In this document: in pieces, positions 1 through 10,312 of the stretch
Numbering within the stretch: the stretch's first letter is position 1
Layout: each line of letters begins with the position of its first letter
From: a virus
Direction: 5' to 3' (one strand)
Virus record (IMG/VR): IMGVR_UViG_3300012954_004455
Coordinates: 28,343 to 92,342 of that record
DNA: 64,000 bases
Position numbers and translations under genes: made by a program
Notes under the pieces: generated by a model
Databases searched by the model: none
Seen by the model: only the letters and a program-made list of their open reading frames with translations
Told to the model about the DNA's origin: nothing

Positions 1-1014
1 AATGGACAAAGCTTGAGCTTCTTTCAGAGACCTGGGCTGGGAGATAAGACAACCTTCGACCTACGAAGAGCGGTATTGGCTATTTTGGGGGATGATCAGG
101 AACAACCTGATTTGAATTCTTATGTGAAGGTCATGATGCCAGGAGCGATATCGGTGGTGATTGAGGAAGTGGCAGATGGGGCAGTGATGGAAACTGAGAA
201 TAAGCAGATCAAGGTGATTAGAGGGGGATTTCATCCTAGATTGGGACAGATGATGAGCACTTGGACTGCTGATGGGAAGTTTCTTACGAACCAGCCTCGC
301 AAGAAACGAAGCAGTAGAAAGGTATGGGAGCTGTTACAGGTAGTCTTGAATGATCAGATTATACCTGTGAATGGGATGTTTCCAATTCATATTTCAATGA
401 AGTTTTCGGATGGTAATGAGATAACGGGGACAATTGAGATGCCTGTACAAGGGGCTTTTCCTAATGCTGGGGATTTAATACAAATCCCAGTTGGATGGGA
501 ACACTTAAACCTATCTCAGTATGGGACAAATGGGCAAGATCCAATTGAATGGACTGTGTGGCTCCAACAAGGGAGAGCCATACTATCGGAAAGAATGACC
601 TATACCCTGAGAGGTACGACCTTTTCTTCTATTGAAAGGCAATACTTATTTAGGAACCAACTAGGAGGGTGGGATACCCTCCGAACGACGGGATTGAACC
701 AGACGAAGATTGCTGTCGAAAGAAGTGAGATGCGGATTCCTGGTAGCCCTTTCGATAACTTCGGGCGAAAGGTTTTCTCAACCCTTGGACGAAGCTACCA
801 TAGAGGAGCTCAAGATACAGGAACATTGACGCAAGCAGAAAGAATCTGGTTTAGAGAGTTCATCCGCTCCGAAAATGTGTGGGCAGCGAAAGACGAAGAG
901 CAAAAAGACAACTCCCTCACTCCTATATATATAACCACCCAGAATGTGGCCATATTTGAAGATGAGAATTTTGTGGGAGAGGAGAAGTTTGAATATAAGG
1001 AGGCGTGTGTATGA
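1..1014 (+). CDS. Minor tail protein (5'-truncated by window)
   Basis: Frame open from base 1; FRNQLGGWDTL and GDLIQIPVG motifs match FQNCLGGLDTI and GDLIQFPIG in 38058-39227; upstream of tape measure. Confidence 0.65.
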   Translation, partial: NGQSLSFFQRPGLGDKTTFDLRRAVLAILGDDQEQPDLNSYVKVMMPGAISVVIEEVADGAVMETENKQIKVIRGGFHPRLGQMMSTWTADGKFLTNQPRKKRSSRKVWELLQVVLNDQIIPVNGMFPIHISMKFSDGNEITGTIEMPVQGAFPNAGDLIQIPVGWEHLNLSQYGTNGQDPIEWTVWLQQGRAILSERMTYTLRGTTFSSIERQYLFRNQLGGWDTLRTTGLNQTKIAVERSEMRIPGSPFDNFGRKVFSTLGRSYHRGAQDTGTLTQAERIWFREFIRSENVWAAKDEEQKDNSLTPIYITTQNVAIFEDENFVGEEKFEYKEACV

Positions 1015-2738
1015 TAGAGATAAAGACTGAGAGGGGCAGCTTGGGACTCTACCCAGATACGACAATTCAGTTTGAATTGATTAATCCTCTGTTCTCAGAT
1101 GTAGTGGGATACAATTCTTTTGTTTTCTCCCTCCAGATCCCGAATGATGGAAGGAATGTGGGTGTATTCGAGATGCCTGATGAACCCACGATTATACCGC
1201 GAAATGATACGTTGGCAGCGACCATCCTGTTTGATGGAGTAGAACTATTTGAGGCTACTATAAAAGTGGAAGATGCAAACGACCGAGTGATTAATATCGG
1301 GATTAGTGTCATGGAAGCGAAACTGGCTCAGGAGCTGGATAGAGAACTTACTGAGTTCAATTTAGGAGGAGAAATAAGCTTATCAAATCAATCGGGATAT
1401 AATGGGACAGAGGAGGTTATACAGGTCATGAATGAGGCGGCTAATGGTATGGGGGATTGGCCGTTTACATGCTTTCCATACAAAAATGTATCTCATTACC
1501 CTGAGTTGGTGCACCCCACTACTCCAACAAATTGGGAATATGAGATTATTAACCTATGGGATCAATCAGGAACTTTCTCTCAGGAGGAGCACGCTCATAG
1601 AAGTGGGATTAATGTGGAGAGATACACCGTATCGCCACAGTTCTTTTTATTGTACATCATAAGGGAGCTCCTGCAGGAATTAGGATATGAATTGGTTCCA
1701 TCTGCTTGGACGGAGGATCCAGAGATTCAAAGTGTGGTGGTGTGGAATAACCGAACCCTACAGGATGAACAATATTCTGACAATCTTGGGTCTATGGTGA
1801 TGATATACATGTACCATTACCGAACGGTGATAAAGGCGGCAGAGCATGTGCCTCCGATGAAGGCAAAGGAGTTCTTGAGTTCCATTTGCAAGGTATTCAA
1901 CCTATCCCTTTTCTGTGAAGGGGCTCAAATATCCATTAGAAATAGGGAGGAAGTTGTTCTGGAGGCAGAAGAATTGGATTGGAGGGATAAAGTCACACAT
2001 ATATCGGTAGTGGCAGACTCAAGCGAGAACAAAGATGGGTTTGAGTTCAAGATCGATCGCGACGAAAACGATGAATTGAGCAAACCAGAACTTGACAAAA
2101 GGCCAACCACAGTCGGAGAGGTAAACTTCCCTCATGAGCTACCATTATCTTCAACTATGGATTCTTATTTGGTGAGGGAGACTAATGAAATATATTCGTA
2201 TGGAGACCAAGGATGGGAGCCTGTTACCTGGGATCAATTCACCATGGGAGAAGGCGAGCTCAAGGTGACAACAAAGGCTTCAACGACACGAATGAAAGTG
2301 TTGCCTTGGGGAGGGGGAGACTGGAGGATTCCAGCAGTAGATATGCCTGGTAGCTCGGAAGGTATTGCGGGTATGCAACATCCGTTTGGGTTGCGACTGT
2401 TATTCTATCGAGGAATATATGCGGATATTCCTAATGGAGTGGCATACCCACACGCTGATGCATCACCAGTTAGAGGGATTTATAATTATTCTCTCCATTG
2501 GGAAGGGGAGAGAGGCTTATATAAGTCCTGGTGGGAAGGCTGGCACAACGTACAAAGTAAACAGATCATTCGAGGGAGCGTCCGAATTAATATTATGGAT
2601 ATTAAAACGCCCCCTTGGGAGAAGAAAGTTCGTATGAGAACCTCAATTGGCGAAATTGGGGTGTTTGTGAAAAGGTTGAATGTTTCTCTTTCGATGAGTG
2701 GCATACTCCCTGCCGAGGGAGAGTTTATGAGCCTGTGA
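1011..2738 (+). CDS. Tail/baseplate hub-like protein
   Basis: Homolog of 40038-41786 (MIEIKT/MLEIRT; YNYSLxWxGxxGLY..WW); ATGA overlap start at 1011. Confidence 0.65.
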   Translation: MIEIKTERGSLGLYPDTTIQFELINPLFSDVVGYNSFVFSLQIPNDGRNVGVFEMPDEPTIIPRNDTLAATILFDGVELFEATIKVEDANDRVINIGISVMEAKLAQELDRELTEFNLGGEISLSNQSGYNGTEEVIQVMNEAANGMGDWPFTCFPYKNVSHYPELVHPTTPTNWEYEIINLWDQSGTFSQEEHAHRSGINVERYTVSPQFFLLYIIRELLQELGYELVPSAWTEDPEIQSVVVWNNRTLQDEQYSDNLGSMVMIYMYHYRTVIKAAEHVPPMKAKEFLSSICKVFNLSLFCEGAQISIRNREEVVLEAEELDWRDKVTHISVVADSSENKDGFEFKIDRDENDELSKPELDKRPTTVGEVNFPHELPLSSTMDSYLVRETNEIYSYGDQGWEPVTWDQFTMGEGELKVTTKASTTRMKVLPWGGGDWRIPAVDMPGSSEGIAGMQHPFGLRLLFYRGIYADIPNGVAYPHADASPVRGIYNYSLHWEGERGLYKSWWEGWHNVQSKQIIRGSVRINIMDIKTPPWEKKVRMRTSIGEIGVFVKRLNVSLSMSGILPAEGEFMSL

Positions 2739-2739
2739 T

Positions 2740-3288
2740 ATGGATGAAAAACTTAGAGAGGAGTTCCTAAGAGAAACTATCCTAAAATGGATTGGGCATG
2801 CTAGGAAGGAGCTCATAAAACGAGTAAAGAAAAAGGAAAAACATCTGCCAGAAGGTTTGGCTGATGATATATGGTTTGACCTATCTGTTGGGGTGGTCAC
2901 CAAAATAACCCTCTCTCTGGGAAGCAAAGGGGACGCGGCGAGGATGATAGACATCAAAAAGCTTAAATGGGAGAAAGTTCCCCATAAAGCAATCTCGCTA
3001 TGGGTCACCAAACATTATTCTAGACTCAGAAAAAGAAAGGTGCCAGGGTATAAAAATCAGCCTAAAAAATTAACAAAGGAAAAGCAAATCGAACGGATAG
3101 CAGCAGCTATCGCGTTTCGCAAAAGGTCAAGACCCGCACACTCCTCAAAAGGACGGTGGCTATACGCTAAGCGCATATATCAATTGATAAGTGTGCTTGA
3201 AGATATGCTGCGAAGAGAACAACATGATTGGCTCAAGAAAAAACTAAAGAATGAATTTGAGAACTTGCCCACAGTCGAGTTCTTCTAG
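2740..3288 (+). CDS. Basic neck/tail-completion protein (HK97 gp10-like)
   Basis: Lys/Arg-rich 182 aa; homolog of 41783-42307 (FLxETIxxW, PGY, RIAxAIxF); directly before tape measure. Confidence 0.5.
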   Translation: MDEKLREEFLRETILKWIGHARKELIKRVKKKEKHLPEGLADDIWFDLSVGVVTKITLSLGSKGDAARMIDIKKLKWEKVPHKAISLWVTKHYSRLRKRKVPGYKNQPKKLTKEKQIERIAAAIAFRKRSRPAHSSKGRWLYAKRIYQLISVLEDMLRREQHDWLKKKLKNEFENLPTVEFF

Positions 3289-3296
3289 TAGCCTAA

Positions 3297-3336
3297 TGTC
3301 CTATCCACATCAGCGAGAAATTTATCTCTTGCTGAT
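3297..3336 (+). promoter_or_regulatory. Putative late promoter (TGTCCT...TTGC) of tape measure A
   Basis: GTCC at 3298, G of TTG at 3331, ATG at 3337; one of 10 equally spaced copies. Confidence 0.6.
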
Positions 3337-6300
3337 ATGGCGAGAAACTCAGACATAGCTCACTTAAGTGTTTTCGTGGACGGTACTCCCGTAACGAACA
3401 CGATTAAGAGCCTAGCGAAGGACTTTCGTAAGCTTAAACGGGAGGTTGAATCAACCAGTCAATCAAACGCAGATTTCCAAGAGAAGGCCAAAGAATACGG
3501 TCGCGTCCGAAATGAGTTGGTTGGACTTAGAAAAGAACTCAAACAGATAGCCTGGGAAGTTCAAGGTATCCCTGAAGACTCCATCGAGGGACTCACGAAA
3601 AGAGCGTCTCAATTGGAAGAACAGATGGGGAAGCTCTCTACGAGTTCTCAAGAGTACAAGCAAAAACTTCTGGAATATGATGAGGTAAAAAAGACGTTGG
3701 AGAGGGTCAAAGCAGAGGCTAAGGCTCTCACTGAGGTCGTTGAATCGGTTCCAAAGGACTCGATTCAAGGCATGAAAAACAGGTTGGAGGAATTGAATGA
3801 GCAACTCATCAAGGCCAAAAGGGGGGGAGAGAAGTTTGTAGCGTTATCGGCAGCCTTTAAGACTCTGTCTCAAGAAATCAAGGAAACGGAAAAGGAGGCA
3901 AAAAAGCTGGAGGAGGCCATAGAAAGCTTTCCTAAAGGAAGTCTTAAGGCAGCGGAGTCGGAGGTGAAAGAACTACGAGAAGAACTATCCAGACTTCCAG
4001 AGGAAAGTGAGGAGTTTAATTCGAAGGTACAAGAACTCAGAAATGCCGAAAAACGTTTTGATAACGTCAAGAATAAGGTGAAAGGGGTCACTGAAGCCTT
4101 CAAGACCCAGAAGGGATCAATAAAGGATTTGGAACGGGAATTCAACAAATTGAATAACGAAATCAGATCAATTAACCCAGAAACCCAAAAATTCAATGAG
4201 AAGCTGAAGGAACTGGCAAAGACTGAAAAAAGCCTCGACAGAGCGAGACGCTCTATGAACAGATTCAAAGCCTCTCAAAAGCAAAGTATTTCCATTACTC
4301 AAAGACTAGGGAAATTTATGAAAGCCAATTGGATAGCCTTAGTGGCAGTCATTGGTATGGCTATAAAGAAAGGTCTTGAATATGCCTGGCGACTCAGCCA
4401 GGAAATGGAAGAGCTCAGGGGAAAGATCAATATCCTCACGGGAGAAGTTGGGGATAGTTTAAATAAGGTCTCGGCTAGGGTCAAAGCACTTAGCAATATC
4501 TTCGAAATTTCGATAAAAGAGATATTAGAAGCGGGACAGTCTCTAAGCACAGCTTTTGGCAAAAAAATGTATGAATCCTTAGATAGCCTTGCTAAAGGAT
4601 TAATCTTGGTAGGCGACAAAGCTGGAGAACTCTTAGATCAAATCTACGAATATAGCTCCCGACTTGAAGAAGCTGGATTCATAGCATCCCAAGCTGTTGC
4701 CCTAATAGTCAATTCGATTAACATGGGGACGTTCAATGATTCCCTTGTTGATTCAGTGAAAGAACTCGATTTGCGTTTGGAACAACTGAGTGAATCCGCA
4801 AAAAATCTACTCAACTTAAAGTTTGGCAAAGAACTGACTGAACAGATATTGGCAAATTCGGGGGATACAGTTAAAGCACTCCAACTGATATCGGGAGGAA
4901 TCGCGGAACTCCTAGAAAATGGAGAAGATGTGAATGAGTTAGTTTCTGTTCTTTTTGGAGAGCCAGGCGAAAACCTTACCGCTGGGAACATTGCAAGGAT
5001 AAAGGACATGAACCTGAACCTTGATGAACTTGTGGGAACAGGTAATACATATATACAACTCAAGCAAAGGGAACTCATACTTGAGGAAAAAGCGGCTATA
5101 GCAAGTGCCTCTTTATCCCAAGAAATAGAGGGGCTTTCGGCATGGTTTAGAAGGGCAGGGAAAAACATATCGAGGTTTTTCGTCGGAGGGCTTGCCGCCA
5201 CTCTGAAATTCTTCAATTATCTTCCTGGCCGTATTAAAATATTCGGGAGCTTAATGTCTCATGCTGCTGCAAAGTTTGCGAATGCTTGGATAAAGGTCAT
5301 CAATAGAATAAGGAAATCCTTAGGGTTCGATCCAGTAAAAGAGTTTGAGGCCAGTGGGGAGAATATCCGTAACGCACGAAAGGCTTTACAAGAAAAGATT
5401 GCTAAGGATAAAAGGGATTATGAGGCATCACAAGCCGTAGAAAACCTTAAAAACATCAAGCAATACAAAGCTGCTGAAAGACTTGAGAGGGTGAAACAGG
5501 AAGTTGCAACTCAAAAGGCAGAAAGAAAAACATACAAAGAAGAGGCCGATAAGATGTCCAAGCTCAGAGCAGAATCTCAAGCAGAGATTGAGAGGTTGCA
5601 AATAGAGCTTATGGAGGACGGACTTGAGAAAAAAATAACTCTCCTTCGGTTCGAGACTCGCAAAAAAATTGAAGCTATCAAAGGAGGTCAAGCAGAAATT
5701 GAGCAATTAACCCTCTTATACGAAAAGAGGCTTGCCAAACAGATAAAAGCATTAAGAAAAGAAGAAGAAGTAGAGAACGCAGCAGCTCGTGCGAAGGATG
5801 CAAGCGAAGCCAAAGAATCACGAGATAAAGAGTACGCCCAGAGACTGGAGAGCCTAAAAAGGAGTAGAGACGAGGAAGCCCTTATAGACACACAAACCGC
5901 TGTAGAAAAAATACGTAATGGCGAAGATAGTGTAGTTGCAGAAGAGGTACTCAACCAACAGCTTCTTGACGGCCAAATAGATTTCTTGGAAGCGAAGAAA
6001 GAGCTTCAACAGGAATTCGGGATGGATTCTCTGGAAACACAGACCCAAATCGAGCAAATGAAACTCGATGAGGCAAGAAGGAGGGCTGAAGAAGAACTCG
6101 AAATCGAAAGGGAAAAAGAGGAAAAGAAGGAACAAGCAAAGCAACAAGCCCTTACAAAGACCAGGCAACTGGGACAGGCCATGACAGCCTTTTGGAAGGC
6201 TAAGTTGGATGAAGAACTAGATCTTCTCGATCAACAAAAAGAGGCTGAACTTGAAAAAGCGGGGGACAACGAGGCTGCCAGAGCTGAAATAGAGGCAAAG

Positions 6301-6918
6301 TTCCAAGAGAAAAAGGAAGAGGCTCAGAAAAAAGCAGCAAAAAAACAGAAAGGGGTATCCATAGCCAATACCCTAATAAACACGGCAGAATCTATAGTGA
6401 AGACAGGGGCTACCTTAGGATATCCCCTAGCCATTCCGTTTCAGGTCATGGCTGGGGCGATTGGAGCTCTCCAGATCGCTACTATAAGGAAACAAAAATT
6501 TGCAGACGGGGGCTTCACAGGTGAAGCACCTTGGGGAGCCGTTCCTGATGAAACGGGAGAGATTCCAGTCGGTCTAGTCCATAGACACGAATATATTGTA
6601 CCAAGGAGAGTCGTTGAAGATCCTGCTTCAATACCTCTCATAAAGTCTCTAGAACGTATGAGAAGAGGCCAAAAATTCGCGGATGGGGGCATGGCATTGG
6701 ACTCCCCTACCCTCTCCCATTCAAATATAGACGTAAACCCGTCTGACGATTCACTTGCTGCAGTAGGGCAGAAGATGGACAAAATCCATCATACCCTACA
6801 ACGGATGAGGGACGATATTCAAAACCAACGTTTGGTCTCCATAATCGGAGAAAAAGAAGCAAATGTAATTGATAAAGCACAAAAAGAACTCTACAGGAGA
6901 AGAGGGACTGCACTATGA
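3337..6918 (+). CDS. Tail tape measure protein
   Basis: 1193 aa helical/coiled-coil protein with C-terminal FADGGFTG...VHRHEYIVP motif; homolog of 42341-45352. Confidence 0.9.
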   Translation: MARNSDIAHLSVFVDGTPVTNTIKSLAKDFRKLKREVESTSQSNADFQEKAKEYGRVRNELVGLRKELKQIAWEVQGIPEDSIEGLTKRASQLEEQMGKLSTSSQEYKQKLLEYDEVKKTLERVKAEAKALTEVVESVPKDSIQGMKNRLEELNEQLIKAKRGGEKFVALSAAFKTLSQEIKETEKEAKKLEEAIESFPKGSLKAAESEVKELREELSRLPEESEEFNSKVQELRNAEKRFDNVKNKVKGVTEAFKTQKGSIKDLEREFNKLNNEIRSINPETQKFNEKLKELAKTEKSLDRARRSMNRFKASQKQSISITQRLGKFMKANWIALVAVIGMAIKKGLEYAWRLSQEMEELRGKINILTGEVGDSLNKVSARVKALSNIFEISIKEILEAGQSLSTAFGKKMYESLDSLAKGLILVGDKAGELLDQIYEYSSRLEEAGFIASQAVALIVNSINMGTFNDSLVDSVKELDLRLEQLSESAKNLLNLKFGKELTEQILANSGDTVKALQLISGGIAELLENGEDVNELVSVLFGEPGENLTAGNIARIKDMNLNLDELVGTGNTYIQLKQRELILEEKAAIASASLSQEIEGLSAWFRRAGKNISRFFVGGLAATLKFFNYLPGRIKIFGSLMSHAAAKFANAWIKVINRIRKSLGFDPVKEFEASGENIRNARKALQEKIAKDKRDYEASQAVENLKNIKQYKAAERLERVKQEVATQKAERKTYKEEADKMSKLRAESQAEIERLQIELMEDGLEKKITLLRFETRKKIEAIKGGQAEIEQLTLLYEKRLAKQIKALRKEEEVENAAARAKDASEAKESRDKEYAQRLESLKRSRDEEALIDTQTAVEKIRNGEDSVVAEEVLNQQLLDGQIDFLEAKKELQQEFGMDSLETQTQIEQMKLDEARRRAEEELEIEREKEEKKEQAKQQALTKTRQLGQAMTAFWKAKLDEELDLLDQQKEAELEKAGDNEAARAEIEAKFQEKKEEAQKKAAKKQKGVSIANTLINTAESIVKTGATLGYPLAIPFQVMAGAIGALQIATIRKQKFADGGFTGEAPWGAVPDETGEIPVGLVHRHEYIVPRRVVEDPASIPLIKSLERMRRGQKFADGGMALDSPTLSHSNIDVNPSDDSLAAVGQKMDKIHHTLQRMRDDIQNQRLVSIIGEKEANVIDKAQKELYRRRGTAL

Positions 6919-7736
6919 CAATCGCTGAATGGGAACGTAATAAAACATGGGAAGCGACGGAAAACCTCATTAAAAAATATGGGAGTAAGAGGATGAGGCT
7001 CTTACTACGAGTGACCAGTAAAAAAAATCTTAGCAATCGACGGATTCTGGAGAAACATCTTCTTCAGATTAAGAAAAAACATCAAACAAACCCAAGGTCA
7101 AACCCAGGGTCAAACCCAGGGTCAAACCCAAGGTCAAACCCAGGGTCAAACCCAAGGTCAAACCCAAGGTCAAACCCAAGGTCAAACCCAAGGTCAAACC
7201 CAAGGTCAAACCCAGAGTCAAACCCGTATAGTGGGCTTTCTTTCAGGTTTCGAGTTAAATCGGGAGTACCCGATATACAAAAGATCGACCTAAGGATTGT
7301 AGAATTGGCAATAGAGAGAGATTTCTGCATCAACTGTGTAGAAATCATATATAAGAACGGGCGATATTCTGAAGAACAAATCAAGAGGAATAGAAGAGCC
7401 GTAATAATCTTGAACAGGATTAATAAAGAACTCTCGGATCTTAAATCCAGAAGAGAAATTCTAGAGAACTCGATTATGGCAGAAGAGCCGCTGGCAGATG
7501 ACCTAGTTATATCCTTCGCCAAAAGAAAATACTCAACAAAGGATATAAATGCGATGGATAAATCGGAATTAAAGGATCTTAAAGCGCGTATTTCTACACG
7601 CGCCTCTCAATATAGATCGAAAGCTAAACTGCAAGAAAGCACCACACGCCTCAATACAATTCTAAAAATCAAAACTTTAGAAGGTTATCTAGATCTAATC
7701 CAAGCGGAGGAAAGAAAAAGGAAGATTAAGAAATGA
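6915..7736 (+). CDS. Hypothetical protein with (NP[R/G]S)n repeat
   Basis: ORF coupled to tape measure; syntenic with 45349-46044. Confidence 0.7.
   Translation: MTIAEWERNKTWEATENLIKKYGSKRMRLLLRVTSKKNLSNRRILEKHLLQIKKKHQTNPRSNPGSNPGSNPRSNPGSNPRSNPRSNPRSNPRSNPRSNPESNPYSGLSFRFRVKSGVPDIQKIDLRIVELAIERDFCINCVEIIYKNGRYSEEQIKRNRRAVIILNRINKELSDLKSRREILENSIMAEEPLADDLVISFAKRKYSTKDINAMDKSELKDLKARISTRASQYRSKAKLQESTTRLNTILKIKTLEGYLDLIQAEERKRKIKK
7087..7227 (+). repeat. 12-bp tandem repeat CAAACCCA(A/G)GGT, ~12 units, in frame
   Basis: Directly visible; encodes NPRS/NPGS repeats. Confidence 0.95.
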
Positions 7737-8191
7737 AGAACGGGATCATAAAAAAAATAATAAGTCATTATCAAAAAGGAACAGTATTATCACCTCCTGA
7801 AGAAGGCTATAGAAACACCTTACTCAAGGTGGTGGAGCTCCACAGAAAAGGATGCTCCAAAACGGAAATAATTAAACAAATAAAAGAGGACGGGGGGCTA
7901 CCTCAATGGAAGGTATACCAAGCGTATGAACATGCTTGGAAACTCTTTGCTATAATATTCGACATATCTGACGAGGCGAAGAGAGCTATGGTTGGCCAAT
8001 TCTATTTGGATTTGGCCGAGCGAGCGAAAGCTAAAAAGAATCTCGCCATAGAAAAAGGGGCAATTGATTCCTATGCAAAACTTCATGGCTTGTTTAAAAA
8101 CAAGTCGAAAGAGGAAGACAAAACAGTAATAAGACGCCCCAAAAGGCGATATAGTACAGATCCCTCTGTACTTGATATAAGAAAGGAATAG
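7733..8191 (+). CDS. Probable terminase small subunit
   Basis: 152 aa helical protein directly upstream of TerL; homolog of 46029-46487 (AKLxGL, YxTD). Confidence 0.55.
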   Translation: MKNGIIKKIISHYQKGTVLSPPEEGYRNTLLKVVELHRKGCSKTEIIKQIKEDGGLPQWKVYQAYEHAWKLFAIIFDISDEAKRAMVGQFYLDLAERAKAKKNLAIEKGAIDSYAKLHGLFKNKSKEEDKTVIRRPKRRYSTDPSVLDIRKE

Positions 8192-8193
8192 GA

Positions 8194-9705
8194 ATGCAAG
8201 AGTTAGTATATGTACATGCCAAACAGAAACTCTTCTTGGAAGCAATCTTTTCCGCTTTATACAAGATATTCGTTCTGATAGCGGGACGAGGATCTGGAAA
8301 GTCAAGCGTAGGAGGTATATACCTAGAGGAATGTGTCCATGCGATGCCTGGCAGCTCGGGCTTCATCGGCTCCCACACAGCCGAAACAATAAGTAACAGG
8401 ATTATTCCATCTATGAAAATCGTTTGGGAGGAGATGGGATACATAGAGGGAGTTCATTACAAGGTCGGAGGAACTCCGCCTTCCAATTTCGAAAAGCCAA
8501 AAGCGGTTCCAGACGATTATAGGAATGTGATATCATGGTATAATGGTACGGTTATCTATATGATTTCATTCTTCAATGACAAAGGAGGAAGGGGGGCTAA
8601 TTTCCAGTTTGGATTGGTTGATGAAGCGACCCTAGTAAAAGAGAGTAACTTCGCCCCTAATATCATCCCTGCATTACGAGGTATGGGTCATGTAACAACT
8701 TTGAATCCGATAGATCATAGAGAACCTAGATGGGGGAAACTGGTGGAGATAGACGATGAGTTCTATGAGGAACTCAAATGGGAAGAATGCCCCCTTTGGG
8801 GAACCCTGATGCTAATGGGGTCAAGAGCTTGGCATGAAATCGGGAAATGGGTTGAAGCTTATCAAGAAAAAGAAGAAATAAAAATTGCAGACGAGGTTTA
8901 CAGAACTTTCTATATGGAGATGACTGCATTGGACAATCCCCTCACTGGGGAGAAGTATGTAGCCTTAATGCGTTATCACCTAGAAGAGGCTGTATTCGCC
9001 TTGGAGATAATGAATAAGAAACTCAACGTTGAAGATAGACTCAAATTCTATCCTTCATGGCAGGATAAGATTCATACGATATTCCACAACCCCTACAAGA
9101 AAGATAAAGGTCTCATAATATCTTGGGACTTCGGTAGTTATACCAAGGCTACTGTGTGGCAGGAGCAAGAGGATTATCTATATGGTATAATGGAGTTCGA
9201 GTCCGACAAGGGTTTGGTCTCCGACGTATGTAACCAAATCATTGAGTTCTTCAAGGATCACGGGGACAAGCATATAGAACTCCAAGGAGATGTGAACGGG
9301 ATGTATACTCCATACTCCAAAAACAGCAATAAGAGTATACATGAGGTGATTATTGAACGCTTATCCAAACAGTTTAGTATCACCCCGATACAGAACACCC
9401 ACAACCCTCCTCACACCAGCAAATATGAAATGCTAAATGATGTGTTTGCTGAAACATTTCCTTCTCTCCCCAAAATTCGAATATATGCACCCCAGATGCA
9501 AAAGACGTGCATAAGCATCAAGCTAACCAAAAGACTAGACGATGGCTCAGGCAGGAAAGATAAAAGAAGCGAGCATCCACTAGAAAAGACTCCTCAAAAG
9601 CACGCCACACACGGAAGCGATACCGTTGATTATGTAATCTACAACAAATACAAAAGTAGATGGATTGGCGGAGGGACTGGGAAGGGTTATGCTAGCGTGA
9701 ATTAG
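8194..9705 (+). CDS. terL: Terminase large subunit
   Basis: Walker A GRGSGKS, Walker B LVDEA, nuclease-domain SWDFG and HGSDTVDY. Confidence 0.92.
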   Translation: MQELVYVHAKQKLFLEAIFSALYKIFVLIAGRGSGKSSVGGIYLEECVHAMPGSSGFIGSHTAETISNRIIPSMKIVWEEMGYIEGVHYKVGGTPPSNFEKPKAVPDDYRNVISWYNGTVIYMISFFNDKGGRGANFQFGLVDEATLVKESNFAPNIIPALRGMGHVTTLNPIDHREPRWGKLVEIDDEFYEELKWEECPLWGTLMLMGSRAWHEIGKWVEAYQEKEEIKIADEVYRTFYMEMTALDNPLTGEKYVALMRYHLEEAVFALEIMNKKLNVEDRLKFYPSWQDKIHTIFHNPYKKDKGLIISWDFGSYTKATVWQEQEDYLYGIMEFESDKGLVSDVCNQIIEFFKDHGDKHIELQGDVNGMYTPYSKNSNKSIHEVIIERLSKQFSITPIQNTHNPPHTSKYEMLNDVFAETFPSLPKIRIYAPQMQKTCISIKLTKRLDDGSGRKDKRSEHPLEKTPQKHATHGSDTVDYVIYNKYKSRWIGGGTGKGYASVN

Positions 9706-9707
9706 CA

Positions 9708-9800
9708 TATATCACCAAAATGAAGAAATTTCTTCATTTTTCGCTAATGGGCGCACCCCGCGCTTTAAGCATATCTATTTTCAGATTTATTTTTTTTCGG
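9708..9800. other. Putative cos/pac packaging site of prophage A
   Basis: TATATCAC (9708), GGGCGCACCCCG (9749-9760) and a T-tract, conserved with similar spacing at 48017-48104. Confidence 0.45.
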
Positions 9801-9929
9801 TTTTGTAAAAGCTTGGTAAAAAGGCATTTACGGCAAAAGTATTCCGAAAAAATTAGGGGACTCCCCTACCCTATTTTACACGGTATATACGTCTAATTAG
9901 TCATCATTTCGACTGTACAGTAGTGTTAA

Positions 9930-9967
9930 TGTCCTATTTTACGTAAGACTTGGGCGGCATCTTGCGA
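9930..9967 (+). promoter_or_regulatory. Putative late promoter upstream of portal operon A
   Basis: GTCC at 9931, G of TTG at 9964, ATG at 9968/9971. Confidence 0.6.
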
Positions 9968-10312
9968 ATGATGTCAAGAACGATACATAAAAGCCGCATC
10001 AACTACTGGCTGAATGTAGAAAAGCCAAAAGGAGGGCAACGACTGTTCTCGATGAGCATCCTCCTTCTGACAGGAGATGATCGTGGGTTTTGTCGCTTCT
10101 TCCCTTCTGTGAGGTTGTGGAAGGATGAGGATAAGGAGGAGAAGGAGAATAAAGTTCAGAAGCGAGGAGGAAGTGGATCGAAGCAGGGTAAGGGAAAGGT
10201 GAATAGAAAGCACCACGAAATGTTTACCCTATATGACACTATAGAGGAGAAAGTATTTAGAGTACACTTGAGCCAAATAAAAGAATTCAATGGACAAGAG
10301 GTCAGGCACTAA
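9968..10312 (+). CDS. Conserved small phage protein preceding portal
   Basis: Homolog of 48159-48500 (GG..FS.....RG; LYDxxxE...IKxFNGxEVxH). Confidence 0.7.
   Translation: MMSRTIHKSRINYWLNVEKPKGGQRLFSMSILLLTGDDRGFCRFFPSVRLWKDEDKEEKENKVQKRGGSGSKQGKGKVNRKHHEMFTLYDTIEEKVFRVHLSQIKEFNGQEVRH

Noticed and set aside
7087-7227. Possible CRISPR array
   Set aside because: Contiguous 12-bp units with no spacers, in frame within a CDS; no cas genes
3463-7522. Numerous minus-strand ORFs opposite the tape measure and other long genes (also elsewhere in the window)
   Set aside because: Shadow ORFs caused by codon bias; no homologs between the two phages
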